A DNA stretch of 64,000 nucleotides from Rhizophagus irregularis (taxonomy: Eukaryota). Under the pieces are notes generated by a model that worked only from the letters and a program-made list of their open reading frames with translations, was not told the DNA's origin and did not search any database. Each line of letters begins with the position of its first letter. Within the stretch, counting starts at the first letter, position 1. The translations under genes and the position numbers were made by a program. The stretch spans positions 248,001 to 312,000 of the forward strand of contig NC_089436.1 of NCBI RefSeq assembly GCF_026210795.1, read 5' to 3'. Below, piece after piece: positions 11,823 to 24,043 of this stretch.

Positions 11823-13676
11823 ATGGTTTATTCAGAGATTGTCCGTGCTTTACCTACAAGACCGGATATCAAAGAATTACAGTATTCAGGCGCAAGATTT
11901 TCCAGAGGAGCAATAGCAAGACTTGGACAGCGACTCCAATCCCGGTATCTGACACATAAATTTCAGATTCTGCTCCCCTATGAAAACTGGAAACCCGGTG
12001 GATGGACATCAGGAAACCAACCAGCCAGCCTCTTCTCACTCTTGGACCACTATGATGAAGCACAACTACCGGACGACGCAGACCCCGATTATTTCGAACG
12101 ATTTATAATTTATATAAGAGATACCCCACCGGTTGCAGGGGGTTGCAACGGGGAGCTAAATGATTGCCTGTATGAATGCCTAAAATATATCTACGGCACA
12201 TTCTCTAAAATGCCAAAGTCAATCGAAAAGCCCGAGTATATCAAAAAGGCATTAGGTCTCAATCGCGATGCTCCCATCCCAGTTTCATGCATGGACAAGG
12301 TTGAACAACTCGCAGGAAGTCTCGCAATTAATATTGTGGGGGACATTACCCGAATCTCTAAGAGTAAGTCCGATAGATGTGTAACACTCATCCTATCAGA
12401 AGGCCATTACTCCCTCGCGTTAAATCCCAGAAGACTCCATCCCAGTAAAATAGATAGAAAGCGTAATTTACCCATTGTATACCATGAAGATGGGACCAAT
12501 AATGTAGTCACAATATACAACGGCAAAACGGTTAAGTCTTGCACAATTGGGCAGTTTCAAAAAACTAAGAATTCCAAGAGTTCTTTCATCCCCGTCGAGA
12601 AAAACCGTAAGACTGGGGTATATGAAACTCTCGAAGAAGCATATCAGAGAATCCACGAGGAGCAGAATTCCTTTCTACAGGAGACAAAGAAGTTCAGTTT
12701 AGGAATCGACTTATCATACCATAACTGGTCTTACAAAAGAACGGCTCTCTGGTTATTCGAACGATTAAGTGTAGGGATTCCGGCCAATGATCCTCTTGAC
12801 CCGATAGAAGTAGAGTGGTTAAGTGATGCAATGATGGGAGGATTAATCTGGGCAGATAACGAGTGGAAGGGCTATGGAAGACAGTACGACGCAACAAGTT
12901 TATACCCGAGTATCCAACAATCGAACGCGAACTTTCCAATCAGACGGGGTAAATTCCAGACACTTAATGACTTTGTTGACCACAGGGGTTATGCCTTGTA
13001 TGGATTATTCCGTGCCAAGGTAAGTGGGAATAATATTCTCTTCCGACAGAATAAAAGGGGAATCTATACATTCATCGACTTACAACGAGCAAAAAAACTT
13101 GGTCTCAATATACAGTTAATACAGGATGGGAAGCCAAATGCCTTGATATATGACAGAGACGCAAGAATCCCTGGGACCGTAATATTCGGTGAGTACGTAC
13201 ACTTCCTCTTCAAAATTAAAAACCAGGGTGGCATAGCTGGCCGCGTGGCAAAGCGAGTTCTCAACACATTATGGGGAGCATTATGCCAGAGGAAGCGTAA
13301 TTACAAGACACTCACCACAGATCAAACAGACCCATTTACATTTCCAGAGGGCCATACACTCGACTCTATCATACCAGTAGGATCTGACCAGTGGCGATTC
13401 CAGTTTACAAACCCGGGTAATCCCTTCAAAGGTGAGTATCCCAGGATCGTCCCATTCTTATTAGCACGTGGACGCAAAATCACATCTGAGGCAATTCAAC
13501 CATACAAGGATAAAGTACGACGTATCCATACAGATGGATTTATTTTAGAAGAGCAGCCAGATAGCCCTGCACTTTTCACTTGTTCAGAGAATGCAGATAC
13601 GACTTTAAAGACTTTCAAGTTTGAAACCGCGGGATACTGCCATGTGAAAAATGCGAACAAGGTTATCTGGACATGA
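11823..13676 (+). CDS. polB: Divergent family-B DNA polymerase with putative N-terminal OTU-like domain
   Basis: Motif A YDATSLYPS, motif B KRVLNTLWG, motif C IHTDGF; NDCLYEC...GHY near N-terminus. Confidence 0.85.
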   Translation: MVYSEIVRALPTRPDIKELQYSGARFSRGAIARLGQRLQSRYLTHKFQILLPYENWKPGGWTSGNQPASLFSLLDHYDEAQLPDDADPDYFERFIIYIRDTPPVAGGCNGELNDCLYECLKYIYGTFSKMPKSIEKPEYIKKALGLNRDAPIPVSCMDKVEQLAGSLAINIVGDITRISKSKSDRCVTLILSEGHYSLALNPRRLHPSKIDRKRNLPIVYHEDGTNNVVTIYNGKTVKSCTIGQFQKTKNSKSSFIPVEKNRKTGVYETLEEAYQRIHEEQNSFLQETKKFSLGIDLSYHNWSYKRTALWLFERLSVGIPANDPLDPIEVEWLSDAMMGGLIWADNEWKGYGRQYDATSLYPSIQQSNANFPIRRGKFQTLNDFVDHRGYALYGLFRAKVSGNNILFRQNKRGIYTFIDLQRAKKLGLNIQLIQDGKPNALIYDRDARIPGTVIFGEYVHFLFKIKNQGGIAGRVAKRVLNTLWGALCQRKRNYKTLTTDQTDPFTFPEGHTLDSIIPVGSDQWRFQFTNPGNPFKGEYPRIVPFLLARGRKITSEAIQPYKDKVRRIHTDGFILEEQPDSPALFTCSENADTTLKTFKFETAGYCHVKNANKVIWT

Positions 13677-13769
13677 TTGCTAAGAACTGGTAGGTTTATT
13701 TTTTACCGACATACCGTGATGGCATAATTGAATAAATCTATAGAACATGTAATTTTACAAGATACCCAA

Positions 13770-14264
13770 ATGCAAAATACCGACGGATTAGGTAGACAAG
13801 ACGATGAAAGTTTCCACACGTGGGCTAAGCGCATTCAGAATGCTGTGCAATATTATGAGACTTGTAGTAGAATAGGTTTTCATAGGCGGCTACCTTATCC
13901 AAGGTCTCGTCAAGCTGTATATGCTTATATTGTGCACATTAGGAGAATAGTATCACGACTATTAAATAGGTGGTACTGTACCTACTGTAAATCTTTTATT
14001 GATCGCGGATGGGGAGCCGACGCTTCCATGGATCAAGCGGTACGACTACATTTATATAGTTGCCCGAAGCATTTTAATTTCGACTATTATACTCATCATG
14101 CTGAAATGATCCAGAAAGCCTTTAGGAGATATATAGAAAGAAGGAACAATAAAGCAGCTAGGATCATCCAGAAAGTCGCTATCCCTTGGTTATATAGACC
14201 AGGCTCTCCATTGATGCAAAAGGCCGAGCGACGCTTCTACTGTCTTGCAGTATCCCAAGTGTAA
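13770..14264 (+). CDS. Protein with C2HC Zn-binding motif and IQ-like motifs
   Basis: First ATG at 13770; CTYC...HLYSC; IQKAFRRYIER and IIQKVAIPWLYRP. Confidence 0.6.
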   Translation: MQNTDGLGRQDDESFHTWAKRIQNAVQYYETCSRIGFHRRLPYPRSRQAVYAYIVHIRRIVSRLLNRWYCTYCKSFIDRGWGADASMDQAVRLHLYSCPKHFNFDYYTHHAEMIQKAFRRYIERRNNKAARIIQKVAIPWLYRPGSPLMQKAERRFYCLAVSQV

Positions 14265-14346
14265 ACCCCGAGGTTCATATTTATTTTTTCTCATTCGAAT
14301 GAACAGGTAACTGAAGATTTATATTTTTTACAAAGTACAAAGAATC

Positions 14347-14817
14347 ATGTCAACATATACCGAATTCGCAAGCATTGTTAACAGCACTGACAGCACTAGT
14401 GAGGAGGTTATTTACGAGGCATCGCGCATTCAGCCTGATGTTGTCTCTGACGAAACTGTCTACAAGATTATCTGCGCATTAAAAGATACTATAGTAGTCG
14501 CATTAGTATCTGGATTTAGCAAAACCAGTTACCTCGTCCATGATCACGTGAAGTATATCAAGCGAATCCAAACGGCAAATTCTCCTGTATCATATGTGAA
14601 GTTCGTGGCTAGAAAACTCTTCCCAGATAATGCGGCATATACTGCTAAAATAGCAAAAATCCGCGAATCATACAAGAATAAACAAGCTCTCCTAGATAAG
14701 CTTGAGACCCTCTTCGAGTTGTATTATAATGTGACTAAGGACTCATCAACAGGTCCCCCAAAGCGAGCTGTCACTATGAATGAGGCTGAGAAAACCTTAG
14801 CAGAACTTCTTATATAA
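14347..14817 (+). CDS. Hypothetical protein, 156 aa
   Basis: Intact ATG ORF with the element's shared upstream motif and downstream T-tract. Confidence 0.65.
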   Translation: MSTYTEFASIVNSTDSTSEEVIYEASRIQPDVVSDETVYKIICALKDTIVVALVSGFSKTSYLVHDHVKYIKRIQTANSPVSYVKFVARKLFPDNAAYTAKIAKIRESYKNKQALLDKLETLFELYYNVTKDSSTGPPKRAVTMNEAEKTLAELLI

Positions 14818-14910
14818 GCGGTTTCTGTATGAATTTAGTTTATATTTTTTATCCATATGTAATAGGCATACAGTAATTGAAGATAACTATAGTATAAGTA
14901 ACACAACATC

Positions 14911-15314
14911 ATGTTGGACCGATTACCAGTAGAAATAGTCGAACGCATTATCGCAAAGATCCCGGATACTGACCTTATTGCAGTGAGTAAGGTAGATAGA
15001 GTGTGGTGGCAGGAAGTTCGTCGAGAGGCATATAAGAGGTGGAAAAATTATGCCACTACGATCGGGGATGTGTACTGTGAAATCCGAGCTCTCAGAAAGC
15101 ATTATATAAAGAGGGAAATTGACTGGATAACGTTTGAAGATGTAAACGACCTCTATAAAAGATGGATAAACCGCCTTACCGAGGATTAGCTTTATATTAT
15201 GGAGAAAATGCTTAGGAATGGGATGGTCGTGGACTCCAAGAGAGGGAAACCATAGAGTATGCATTAAGTGAACAAAGATGGGGAGGCGATCCTCGGGGAC
15301 TGGGAGTGGTATGA
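14911..15314 (+). pseudogene. F-box protein, disrupted
   Basis: N-terminal LDRLPVEIVERIIAKIPDTDLIAVSKVDRVW F-box pattern; TAG at 15187-15189, coding-like sequence continues with a probable frameshift near 15236. Confidence 0.65.
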
Positions 15315-15652
15315 ATGGACTCAACAGGAGTAAGCATTTTGTACTTGACTTTCGTAGGAATTACCCTGCAGAGTCATATTTTTTAGATCCGGCCGGCATT
15401 ACCGCGTAATCCCGAATTACCGAAAAAGGAAATTTATGTTACACAAGATTCCAAACGCATTTTTACCAAAATCGATTTTTTGTGGAACGGGTATCGCCCA
15501 AAAAGGAAACGATCTACGTACCGCATGAAATCACGTGACACTCTACACATTTGTTCAGGGTATCACGTGACATGAACTCCGTTCACATTTTCTGTAATAT
15601 AATCCATAGTTTTTCCATGAATGCTTTTTAGGCCAATAATCCAATAACTTAT

Positions 15653-15757
15653 TCATCAGGTATCCTCGTGTTTCGCGACAAGGACTGATGACCATGTAAC
15701 CTCATCATCAGGCATCCTCGCATTTTTTGACAAGGACTGATGATGATAAGGACTGAT
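15653..15757. repeat. Two tandem imperfect hairpin units plus a partial third; LINE target site
   Basis: TCATCAG..TCCT..AGGA.CTGATGA (15653-15691) and TCATCATCAG..TCCT..AGGA.CTGATGATGA (15702-15746), then GATAAGGACTGAT (15745-15757). Confidence 0.85.
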
Positions 15758-15860
15758 AGATCTCTTCCCGTCGATCTATTGACCAAAAATTTTCAGAAAG
15801 AAAATTTATATATCTTCGTACTAACAACTCTTATATTTTACCCAACTCATACCTTCTAAC

Positions 15861-17984
15861 ATGTCTAGAAACCTTGCTAGAAGAGGTGGCGGCAGCTATA
15901 ATCCTAATAGTAATAAGGCTGCTCGTCAAGAAAAGAAAAATAATAAAAAACAACTCTCCGATAACTCTGGCTCCGATAGTGATAGCACTACTCAAAAACG
16001 TTCCCGCATTATCACTGATAACACCATGGATGAAGATTTCGTTGCCGACGTGCCGGCTGACGGTGGTTTAGTTGGTTCAACTTCGACCGCTATTCCTCAA
16101 CAAAATAATTCCCGCAGCACTTCTCAAGAAAATACTCAAACTTCTACCCCGAAAAATTCTGCTGCGCCCACTGCGCCTGGCCAAGACACGTCCTCTGGAG
16201 CTAACGCGTCTATTCATGCACCACGAAACAAAGAAAATAACTCATCCCCTAACGCGTCCCTTAATATGGACGTAAATGATGGTACATCGCCCGATCAGGC
16301 TGCCGATCCCTCCCCAACTATTACCATTAATCGTCAAGATTTCCTGGCTGCGGCTGCGCCCAACTCTGCTCCCCAAACTCTTGAAAAACTTAAAACTAAT
16401 AAGGCAATCATAGATGCCGTTAACAACTTATTTTTAGAAACATACGAGTCGTATACCGGTCGGGCTCGTATGACTGGTTCAGGGGACGCTAAGCGTCTTA
16501 TCATTCACTTCCATACTGCGGAGGCTCGTGACATGTGTGTTGGTAGCACACACTCTGAATTTCCGGACCTACAATTCCACCTGTACGATCCCAAACAGCT
16601 CCGGTCAGATGAAGACCTCCGTGCAATTCAAGTTACGGATATACCGTTCTTTATTACTAAACTGCAACTCCAATCCTATTTCAAGAAATTCGGCAATCTC
16701 CTTGCCCTCCATCTTTATTCAAGGAAAGGTGCTAAGATGCAACAAGCTCGCATTGTCTATGATCACGCCGATGCCATCTCCCGCTTCACAAATCAATGGG
16801 CAGTTTACTGCTTTTCCACCTGCTTACGTGTTACCCCTTGCCATTACTCTTTAGATCAAAAAGCTGCTCGAAGAGCGTTCGTGGCTGTTCTCTCTGGACT
16901 TCCCGCTAATACTAAAGATATCCATCTCGCTCCTTTGGTCAAAGAACATGGAGCAAAAGCTATTAATATTCCCCTTTCCCTAAACTCTTATAAACCCAAA
17001 CCTTGGTCTTATATTACCTTCAACTCGCAAGAAACAATGGATGCCGCTATGGAGCAAACTATTGGTTTCCAAGGTCGTACTCTTCGATGGGGTACATCCA
17101 ATGATTCGAAAGCTCTTTGCCACCGATGTGGTAAACTCGGTTGTGCTCCTACCTCCTGCCCGCTTAATCAACGCCGAGGTCGTTCACGTACACGTGACCC
17201 TGTGGCTGCTCTTAAAGAACGTTTCAACATCGGCCATAGACCTGCCCAACAAAAAACGCCGCGCAACAATTCTCGTTCTCGTTCTCGGTCTAAATCTCAG
17301 GATCGTTCTGCTTCTGCTCAACGTTCTAATTACAATTCCAATAGCTCTAATACTAATGGTAATAACAATAACAATAACAAACCCTCCTCCTCTGGTTCAG
17401 CCCATTCCTCCTCATCTGCCCATGGATGTACACCTTCCAACAACCGTAAAGGCAAAGATAGATCTGTTTCCTTTTCGTCCAATGCTCGCGCTCCACTTCC
17501 TGATCCGAATTCTTCTAATGCCCTCGAGGCTGCCCTTAAGATACTTAACGTATTGCAAACTCTTCAACAAGATGTTGCACGTGTGGAATCTCGCATCTCG
17601 ACACTTGAACTTAACAATCAACGGCTGTCTGCTATTGAAGCTCACCTAGGCATCAATCCTCCCTCCGTACCTGTTGTCATTTCTAAACCTGATCGGATGG
17701 AAGAAGACCCTCCCGAAACTACTGGTACCTTAATCCCACATCCTAATGCTCCTTCGTCTTCTGGAACTATGAAATCCGCTCCCCCCAAATCTGCGCTTTC
17801 CAATGTTTCACATTCTGTTCCCATAACCAACTCCAACCCTTCCCCGCAAGATGAATTGAACTCTGTTATTCAAGATCAAAAAGCGATTAAAGATACCTTG
17901 CAATCGCTCACTGGTTCCATCCAAGGTTTTATTGCTTCTCTTGGTGGTTCTTCCTCCGATCGAGCTTTGGCTCCTTCGCAATAA
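15861..17984 (+). CDS. LINE ORF1 (RRM-like domains, Cys/His knuckle, RS-rich region, coiled coil)
   Basis: IQVTDIP...FKKFG and SYITFNSQE RRM-like patterns; CHRCGKLGC; intact 707 aa. Confidence 0.85.
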   Translation: MSRNLARRGGGSYNPNSNKAARQEKKNNKKQLSDNSGSDSDSTTQKRSRIITDNTMDEDFVADVPADGGLVGSTSTAIPQQNNSRSTSQENTQTSTPKNSAAPTAPGQDTSSGANASIHAPRNKENNSSPNASLNMDVNDGTSPDQAADPSPTITINRQDFLAAAAPNSAPQTLEKLKTNKAIIDAVNNLFLETYESYTGRARMTGSGDAKRLIIHFHTAEARDMCVGSTHSEFPDLQFHLYDPKQLRSDEDLRAIQVTDIPFFITKLQLQSYFKKFGNLLALHLYSRKGAKMQQARIVYDHADAISRFTNQWAVYCFSTCLRVTPCHYSLDQKAARRAFVAVLSGLPANTKDIHLAPLVKEHGAKAINIPLSLNSYKPKPWSYITFNSQETMDAAMEQTIGFQGRTLRWGTSNDSKALCHRCGKLGCAPTSCPLNQRRGRSRTRDPVAALKERFNIGHRPAQQKTPRNNSRSRSRSKSQDRSASAQRSNYNSNSSNTNGNNNNNNKPSSSGSAHSSSSAHGCTPSNNRKGKDRSVSFSSNARAPLPDPNSSNALEAALKILNVLQTLQQDVARVESRISTLELNNQRLSAIEAHLGINPPSVPVVISKPDRMEEDPPETTGTLIPHPNAPSSSGTMKSAPPKSALSNVSHSVPITNSNPSPQDELNSVIQDQKAIKDTLQSLTGSIQGFIASLGGSSSDRALAPSQ

Positions 17985-18031
17985 CTGACTTCTCACTTCC
18001 TTTCCCCGTACTTTATTATCATTGTGCTCTA

Positions 18032-21000
18032 ATGTCAGACAATTTTAATTATGATACATTTGTTCGTAACCCACCCAACCCCGTAGCTACTTATAATTTT
18101 TCAGAACATGAATCTTTATTTACTACCACAAATTCTTCTCCTATCCCTAATTCTTTTAATATTTCATCCTTTAATGTTAATGGTCTTCGCTATAATAGCC
18201 AAGTTAAAATTGAACAAATTTCAAATTTTTTCAATCTTAAACATATTTCATTTGGTGGTATCGTAGATACCCATTTATCCCCTAAACAAATTCATTTCTT
18301 ATCTAAACGCCTCCCTAATTACACTGTATTTTCATCTGATATAGATAAAACTAAACAAGTTAAATCTACTGGTGGCGTTTCCCTTTTCATTGAAAAATCT
18401 TTTGCTTCACACGTACAAGATTTTGTTTCACATTCCTCACGTATTTTATCTGTTGATCTTTATTTTAAAGGCAACGTTAAATTGCGTATTTTTGTTATTT
18501 ACATTCCCCCTGTTTCTGATTCTAAATTACGATCGGAAACCATTGACCTTCTTCTACAATTATTAGTGCAAACTAAACAACAAAATTTTTATCATGCCAT
18601 TTGTGGCGATTTCAATATGCACTTAGATGCCTATTATCCTATTTATTTTAACCGCCCTTCTGTTGCTTCCCAACGAACTTATCGTTTGCTACACCATCTT
18701 TTATCTCATGGATATGAAGAAACCATTCCTGTTAATGCTTCTGATTCCTTAGGCACCTTCCACCGAGACGATCAAGTTACTCGTATAGACTATGTTTGGT
18801 CTTGCCCAATGCTGAAAAGCTTTGCTCTCACCTCCTATATATTTGACGCTCAGGACACCTGCTTTTCCGATCACAATCCCATCATCACTTATTTCGATGA
18901 ATCACTCTTGTTCGCGTCTATCAAGGTTGCTCGCGCTAAACAACTTCAACGTCGAACTCGCCGTATATTCAAATTCAATTCAGTCACTGATCAGCAATGG
19001 GAATCTTTTTCTACTCATACTGATTCTTTATGCAACGAACCGCCGTCATCCTTCTCAACTTGGCATATTAATCAACAATGCGAATATTTACATTCTCGTA
19101 TAGTGAAAGCTGCTAATGCCTCTCTTCCATCCGTCCTGGTTGGCAATCAACATACGCCTACAGTGCCTAAAGAATTGGAAGCCCTAACTCAACATTATCG
19201 TTTCCTCAGCCGTCTTTTGCATTCGATACGTTTATTGCGAAAATATCCTTCTACTTATTATAATAGACATGAACGTACTTGGTCCACCCATTTCATTAGA
19301 CTTCAAAAGATTCTTCATCTTTATAAGAAGGTTATTCCTTCTCCCCCTATTTTACCTTCTTCTTTATCCTCATGTAGGCAAGACGATTTTAAATTCTTAC
19401 TGGAATCTTTAAAAACTATCTCCAGTGCCCTCCATGGCTTTCTTCTTTTCAAAGAAAAAGATTTTCAAGACTCTTCCATTCGTGCTAAATTGGACGATAG
19501 GGACAATAATTTTGAAACCGATATTTCCTCCTTTATTAATTCTGCTCTCTCAAGGACTCGACGCCGCATCACCTTGGATCGTATTTTCATCGACCACCCT
19601 ACACAACCAAAACTTTTAACAGACCCGCATGATATTGACGACGCTGTTATCAATCATTTCCAGAATTCCGTCCCTATAAAATCTTCTCCCCCGGATAATA
19701 TTTCCATTCTCCCGGATAGATGGTCTTCTGCTTATCGCCCTATGGATGATGTGGATTCTTCTGTTTACAACTCCTTGTTGGATCCTCCTACCCTTGAAGA
19801 ATGGTTGTCTACGGTCTCCTCGATGCCAAATGATAAAGCTTCTGGTCCCTCTATGATCACCTATGAGATGCTTAAACATCTGGGTCCCGTCACTTCAGCT
19901 TTGGTTCTAATCCTGGTACAATCGTGCCTTCGCACCGCTGATATTCCTGATTTATGGCGTCAAGCTATGGTTTTCCCCATCCCTAAACCTCACGAATGGA
20001 AATGTCAACTCAAAAATACCAGACCTATTACTTTACTTGAAGTAATTAGGAAATCTTTGGTTAAACTTTTTTATAATCGTCTCGCTTCCATTTTGGCTTC
20101 AAATAAAATTCTCAAAGGTGGTAACTTCGCTGGTCTCCCTGGTGGTTTTTGTCGCAACCCTATTGTCGTCCTGGAATCTATTATCCATGATGCTCATGTC
20201 AACAAATCACCGCTTTGGATCCTTTCGCAAGATATTTCAAAGGCTTTTGACTCGGTTGATCTCAAGATGTTGCGTTTCGCTCTTGAACGCATTAAACTTC
20301 CTGCTACAGCTATCAAGTTTATTCTATCCCTTTTCATGAAACGCTCTAATCACGTTTTTACTGCTCATGGTATTACTCCTTCTTACCGTGTTCGCATTGG
20401 TATAGATCAAGGCGAAGTTATCTCTCCTTTACTTTGGGTTATATATATAGACCCTTTATTGACGGTTCTTAAGAATGAAATGATGGATCCATATACACTT
20501 CATGCTCCCTCTTTATCTAATCCCTTGGCTGAATCAAATTCAAATGATTTACGAATTAACAACTTGGTCTTTATGGATGATTCCACTTTAATTTCATCAT
20601 CCAAATCTGGAATGGAATCGATGCTCTCTATTACGGAAGAATTTTATCAAATCAATAATACTTCCGCTAACCACAGCAAATATGTTTTAATTACTAATTC
20701 GTTGCCTCCCACTTCAGTTTTTTCGCCTTCTCCAGTCGTGTTTGACTTGCAATTATCCGGTTTGAACAAAGTTCCTTCCATTTCTATTGTGCCTATCTCC
20801 ATAAATAGCTCTTTTCGCTTCCTGGGCGTCTGGTTTAATGTCGCTGGATCTCGCGATTTCGTCAAAAAGCAAGTTGCTAGAGAATGCAACTCCTTCGCCG
20901 CTACTGTTCGCCTGCCAAATTATCTGCTAAACAAGTAGTTTATTTACACAATACCGTCCTTATTCCGAAATTGGAATATCGCATGCAAGTCACTCACCTC

Positions 21001-23652
21001 TCCGAATCTGAATGTGCCTTGGCAACCAGCAGTATCCGTTCCCTGGTTAAACACAAGGCCAATTTTTCACGTGTACTCCCAGATTCTATTTTGTTTTTAT
21101 CTTAAGGCTTGGGCTTGATTAATTTATTTTTTCACCAGTCACAAACACATTTAACTAATTTATTTTTATTAGCTAATTCTTCCTCTTCTTTTATGAAAAA
21201 TTTATTTTTATATAGATTACGTTTAATTCAATTTTCTTTTTTGATTCCTATTTCCCCGTTGTTAGTTAAAGATTGGACTATATGGTCTAAACTTTTTGCT
21301 TTTAAACAGGATTATATCGCTTGCACTATTGCTCTCCTGACCACAACTCCGTTTGAGTTGTCGCATTCACGTCTTTCAACTTTGCCTGACCTGACTCTAC
21401 CTGATGGTCATACACCTTTATTTGACATTATGACTCCTAATATTTTTATCTCTTACTTCCGACGTCTTAGAAGTTTGCATCTATATTACCTATCTCAATT
21501 TATTACACCCCAAGGAACCCATATGATTACTTGGAATGTTTATTTATCCCGTCTATCAAGTAGAAAAGGTCATCGAGTCCTCCCCCATAAATGGTTCAAT
21601 GACATCAGCCAATGTGTCACTGTTCCAAATTCCAATTCTCTACTCTTGGATCAATTTTCTTCTGATGCTTTTCCTTCAGACATTGATTTGGTTCCAGCTT
21701 TTGGTTCCTCCAGGAAATCCATGAAATGGATCGTGACTTTGGACGAAGATGGCTCTCCTCTTTTTGGAAAACAACTCAGCAAACAACAATATTCATGCAA
21801 GATTGTCCATTGGACCTCTGATTGTGTGACTCGCCCTAATGACGTTATTACGCTCACTCCTTGTCCTGGTTGTTCTAAACATGTACCGACTACTCATACT
21901 AAAAATAATCCAGCAGATGTTACTCCTTTATGTATCATCCCAAAACTTTCTCCTCTTAGATCTTTAATCCTTCCAACATCGCAGGAGCGTATTAGAAATG
22001 ACACTACCGCCATTACTTCTCCCTTTACTTGGGCGGACCTTGATGAAATTGTAAGATCATATTATGGTCGTTTGGACATTCAACCTAATTTTTCACAAGC
22101 AGATGTGGTTACTTTCCCTTCTCCTTCTCTTCCTTCTTTTTTGGACTCGGCTGCCTCTCTTGCTTTTGCTGCCTCACCGTTAGCGACCCCTCCTGATAAT
22201 CATTATTGTTTTTATACTGATGGTTCTTTAATTAACCTTGGCACTCCTGATGTTTCAATGGGTTGGTCTTGGGTTCAAGTCCTAGATGGTGCTGGTTTTT
22301 TCCAATCTATCGCTGCTTATGCTCATGGAATTATTCACAATTGGCCTTCCTCTACAAGAGCTGAAACCGCTGCTATACATGCCGCCCTTACAGTCACTCC
22401 TCCTTCTTCAACGGTCACTATTTATACTGACTCTCAATCAGCCATAGATGGTCTTCGTCTATGTGCTTCTTCTTCTTATTCCAATAGTAGGCTTTATTAC
22501 AAGACCACCAATTTTGAACTTTGGGCTATTATTGAACATCTCATTTCCTCCAAGTCTTTATCCGTCACGACTGTTAAAGTGAAAGGTCACTCTGGTAATT
22601 TTTACAATGACTATGCGGACTCCTTGGCCAACTCTGCACATACTTCTTCCTCTGCAATCCTTCTTTCTGATCTGGATCAAGTATCTCCTCACGATTTTAT
22701 ATTAAAATATGATGATATTTTATGCGAATCCAACCCACGATGCCTATTCAAACAATATTCGCAGATGCTGTGGATGCATAGATTAACGCATTTGTCGCGT
22801 TTTATCTTTACTAGTACTTTATCTTCCATTCCAGATTTCGTGATTGATTGGGATCTCACCTGGTTCTCTTTGAACTCTGAACCTCAGCACGATGCCTCTT
22901 TTACCCGAGCTCATGCTTCCTCTCATCACACCTTCAAATTCAAACTCTTTTTGGAAGATTTACCTACTTTGGAATATCTCAAAAGAATTCGCCCGGACTT
23001 GTATATCGATATTTTATCATGTCGTTCATGCCTCGACTCCAAGGAAGATTTCATGCATTTGTTTATGTGCAAATGTAGACGAATCGCTATGGAACAGATT
23101 CTCCTCTCATACCAAAATCACTTTATCAACAAACTTCAAGAAGCTGGTGATCTCGTTAAGAAAGATCCCTCTTTAATTATTAACAAATTTAAATCTCTTT
23201 CTTGTTGGTCCTTTTCTTCTTCAAATTGGACTTCATATAGTCTTGTCCGTGGCTGCCTTCCGATATCCTTTGTCGAATTTTTTGAAGAACTTTCTATCCC
23301 ACGTAATTCTGCGATGAAGGTTATCTCTGCTATCTACAACCATTTTATCCAAAAGATCAGAAAACGAATTTGGCTACCGCGCTCCTATGATAAATCAAAA
23401 TGGGAAGACGCGATGAATATCACCCATAAACTCAAACTTTCTCGGCCTTCAAATTTGCCAAAGTCTACGTACTTACCTTTCTCAACTTTACCTCCTCCGA
23501 CCCTTTCCGACGCCGCACGTGACTCCGACGTTGATTATTTAAAGAACTCGATGAAATATGGTTTGCCTTGGTTTAATCACTATTCGGGTTTTATGGGTCG
23601 TCTAACGGTGCAACTTACTAACAGCTTTAGCAGGGTGGTGTGTCGATTTTAA
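18032..23652 (+). pseudogene. LINE ORF2 (AP endonuclease, RT, RNase H, Zn finger), disrupted
   Basis: SFNVNG, GDFN, RIDY, SDH; QGEVISP, FMDD; FYTDGS, YTDSQ, VKGHSG. 1-bp deletion near 20910 and TAA at 21103-21105 relative to copy 2. Confidence 0.9.
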
Positions 23653-24043
23653 TAATGGGCGCATTATTCGTTGGTTTGTTTGCATAGTTGCTTCTTCTTA
23701 GGTTGGAATATATCTAGGCGGGGGATCAGGATAGTTTTAGTGTTATGCGATTTTTTCCTTTTCGAATTAATTTTATAGCTTTATTACTGTTTTGGAGACT
23801 ATATAGTTTTATTTTTAGTTATTTTTATTTTTCTACTTTTGTACTTTAAAAAAATTTTATGTTATTTTTGTAAGTTCGATAAATAAATTTAATAAAGATA
23901 AAGGCTACTATGCCATGTTTGCCTTGACAAGGACTGATATAGATCTCTTCCCATCGATCTATTGACCAAAAATTTTCAGAAAGAAAATTTATATATCTTC
24001 GTACTAACAACTCTTATATTTTACCCAACTCATACCTTCTAAC

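Larger units (their letters stand above)
15758..23925 (+). mobile_element. Full-length non-LTR retrotransposon (LINE), copy 1
   Basis: 5' UTR, ORF1, ORF2 (APE-RT-RNase H), 3' UTR; flanked by GA(T/C)AAGGACTGAT at 15745-15757 and 23926-23938. Confidence 0.93.

Noticed and set aside
10590..13267. Antisense and alternate-frame ORFs over helicase and PolB (likewise in the LINEs and integrase)
   Set aside because: Shadow frames of real genes
15685..15760. CTGATGA as hammerhead ribozyme core or C/D-box snoRNA
   Set aside because: No suitably placed GAAA with stems, and the motif is paired in a hairpin arm
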